Assembly: GCA_011109175.1 (NCBI GenBank)
Contig: RDEW01000028.1
Coordinates: 572,458-605,457, forward strand
Length of the DNA stretch: 33,000 nucleotides
Direction of reading: 5' to 3'
Source of the DNA: Dicyema japonicum
Taxonomy: Eukaryota; Animalia; Dicyemida
Shown here: positions 30,780 through 33,000 of the stretch, piece by piece
Position numbering within the stretch: position 1 is the stretch's first letter
How the letters are laid out: each line of letters begins with the position of its first letter
Program-made: the position numbers and the translations under genes
Notes under the pieces: generated by a model
Told to the model about the DNA's origin: nothing
The model's database searches: none
Seen by the model: only the letters and a program-made list of their open reading frames with translations

Positions 30780-32520
30780 GAACCAAAGGGAGAACATCTG
30801 CTTGTGCCGACCAAATCCATCTTTAATACTTCATTACAGGCTTACGCTTCCGAAGAGAGGTGGAGAAGTAGGTCCGCCCTCTTCCATTTTTGTCCCACGT
30901 CCTACCGTCGCGGACATCACTTCATTCTTTAGCGGAATAGTTTTCATAATGCAATCTTCATCAGAGGATTTGGTCACGGAGTGCTTTCTAGAAAACCCTT
31001 AAAAAGATTAACCCAAGACAGACGTCTCCACCAGTCTCCCATGCTACTGGTCTTTCTAATCTCGAATCTGTGTTATCCTTACGAGATCATCCTAACTTAC
31101 TTATGAATCACTATGCAAAAATAAGCTACCTTCCTATCCAAAAAGACCTCTGATGTAAGAGATCGCATGCTTAGAAGTCAACAGACTTTTTAATCCTCCC
31201 ACAATCCCTAATTACTCAACTTATTGCCAACGACCTATTTCCCCTTTGTCTGTTATCTTGAAGATTGCTGAAAGAGTTCTACTATTTGGGAATCCCAACG
31301 AGGGCTTCGTGCTTATCATTCGACTACAACATATTTTTCTAAACTGACTCAATTTATTACTGACAGATTTATTTGAATAAACCACCGGAAATATCAACAA
31401 AGATTTTGTCCGATCAACTAGACACGCTCTGAGCAAGAATATCCTTGCTACAATTATCCCGTCCCGTTTGAAAATATGGTTACTTACTTTCCTCTTTGGC
31501 CGCCTTGGACGTTCCTTTATTATGTCAACCTACTTTTATTACTGATACCTTCCAAATAGAGTTCCTCAAGGTTCGGTCTTATCTCTGGCCTTATTTAATC
31601 TTCATCTAGCAAGCAAACTAGAACACACTTCTTTCCTTGCCGACGATATCATACGCCACCGCGACGCAACCGGCGCTTCTATGGTCCTGCAAAGACATAT
31701 TGATAAAATTTCTTCTTGGGTGGACATAATCTCCTATCTCTTCTAACGAAAATTCATCAATAACGCTTTTCAATACAAACCGCCATCAATTCAACTTGGA
31801 ACCAACGTTATTTCTAAACAACGCTCTCCTTTCTGTGATTAAAACCCTAAAATATTTGGTGCTATATTTGATACTCCCTTATCATTTTCAAAACATGTCT
31901 CATATGCGAAAAATCTCAGCTCAACTCACTTCGGGTAGTAGCAGGTACGTCATTTGGCCAAAAAAAGAGCTTGACGATATCTACAGACAAGTTATCAGAA
32001 AAACGATGAACTATGCTGTTCCTGCCTGGGGTCCTTGTTTATCAATACCAAACGTCGAAAAAATACAATGATTCAAAAAGATAATTACCGATTGTCTAAA
32101 AATCGCACTGACCACCTACATTGGGAATCAAAAGTTCTCCCCAATTAGGGACCATTTCACGAAGCTCAGACTACGGTTCCTTGTCAAGTGTATACATCCA
32201 GCTGACTGCCTTTGGGTCTCCACAAACAAAATGAGTATTATTCTTATTTTGATTCTACGAACCATCTTAAAGGTTGAGCCCCCTCAGTCACAACAGAAAA
32301 TATCTACTAAAAAAATGAGAAGCTGGGGTATCAACAAGCATCTGGGAAATATTCAACCAATTATGTACGGAAGCGAAGTTTCCCTACCGCGGTTATTTTG
32401 TGTCCACTTGGCGCGCCTAGTTGTTGCACCACGTGGATTTACATTCGTATCTGTAAAAAATTGGACAATCGTCTCCACTTTGCCCATTATGCCTTCTTGA
32501 CGACTAGAAGACGGGTCTCT
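30780..32520 (+). mobile_element. Decayed I/Ingi-like LINE ORF2 (RT to C-terminal cysteine motif)
   Basis: RPISPLSVILKIAERV, VPQGSVLS, FLADDI, LKYL, YRQVIRKTMNYAVPAWGP, HLARL and SPLCPLC. Confidence 0.85.
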
Positions 32521-32659
32521 TTTCTCTTATCCGGGCTCGATTCTAAAATCTAGACAGAATCAAATACACCCGTCGGATCTCTGAGACCGTCCGCTTTTGG
32601 CTGTGACGTCCTTGTTAGCCACCAATTTCTTACCCTCGAAGAGACCGGATAAATAAAAA

Positions 32660-33000
32660 AATAAATTTTCACCAGTTCGATAGTCTTTTGTAAATAATAA
32701 GTTCCATTATTTTTGGCCGGTAGCTTGAAGATTCCTTGGTTTCCTTCGTTTAGTAACCATTCTGATGATTGATGGCTTCCAATTCTGTGGAATATATCCA
32801 TTTCTTAGGTTAACGGTGAATAGTCTCTGAAGAGATCGAAGAGGTTTATAGGTCCCATTTTAAATAATTTAATTCTTAAATGATCAAGTTCGAAGGCATT
32901 GTTTTTGTATTCTCTCACGCCAAGTGTAACTCTTAGTTACATCCTCATAAGGTGAATTGACGAAATTGATAGTCCTTCCTGAGATCTATCTGGTTTCTGA
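32660..33000 (-). mobile_element. Jockey-like RT N-terminal fragment, continuing beyond the window
   Basis: LRNGYIPQNWKPSIIRMVTKRRKPRN parallels AHVPSTWKKSIVRMIGKKSKSRSNP in the 18397-23196 LINE. Confidence 0.7.

Noticed and set aside
1-33000. CRISPR arrays, rRNA genes, intact tRNA genes and prokaryotic operons
   Set aside because: No regularly spaced repeats, rRNA signatures or complete cloverleafs were seen; many listed ORFs are antisense shadows of exons or TE fragments.

Overview
AT-rich eukaryotic (metazoan) nuclear DNA in the standard genetic code. The ORF track is misleading because the host genes are cut into small exons by ultra-short (about 20-29 nt) GT-AG introns. Manual splicing recovers a complete succinyl-CoA ligase beta gene (SUCLA2-type, minus strand, 10 introns of 22-26 nt, 438 aa) and a miniaturised ARID4A/B-type chromatin gene (about 670 aa, with one -1 frame discontinuity and one apparent GT-TG intron). 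It also recovers a stand-alone Utp12-domain (WDR43/Utp5 C-terminus) gene, an orphan multi-exon gene with PP1-docking-like motifs, and two decaying LRR genes. Micro-introns plus ARID4 point to a strongly reduced metazoan such as a dicyemid, orthonectid or myxozoan (inference). The intergenic space is a mosaic of decayed transposons: I/Jockey/Ingi-like APE LINEs, RTE-like LINEs, RLE-type (CRE-like) elements, Tigger/pogo DNA transposons, a tRNA-like SINE and short dispersed repeats, including a clean triple nesting. The best candidate for something undescribed is a LINE 5' end at about 26.3-26.5 kb that combines an HDV-like ribozyme fold, a 2A/StopGo-like DVEPNPGP motif and an APE domain. A dispersed repeat family conserves a related pseudoknot-like core. 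All structures and alignments were done by eye and need computational confirmation.
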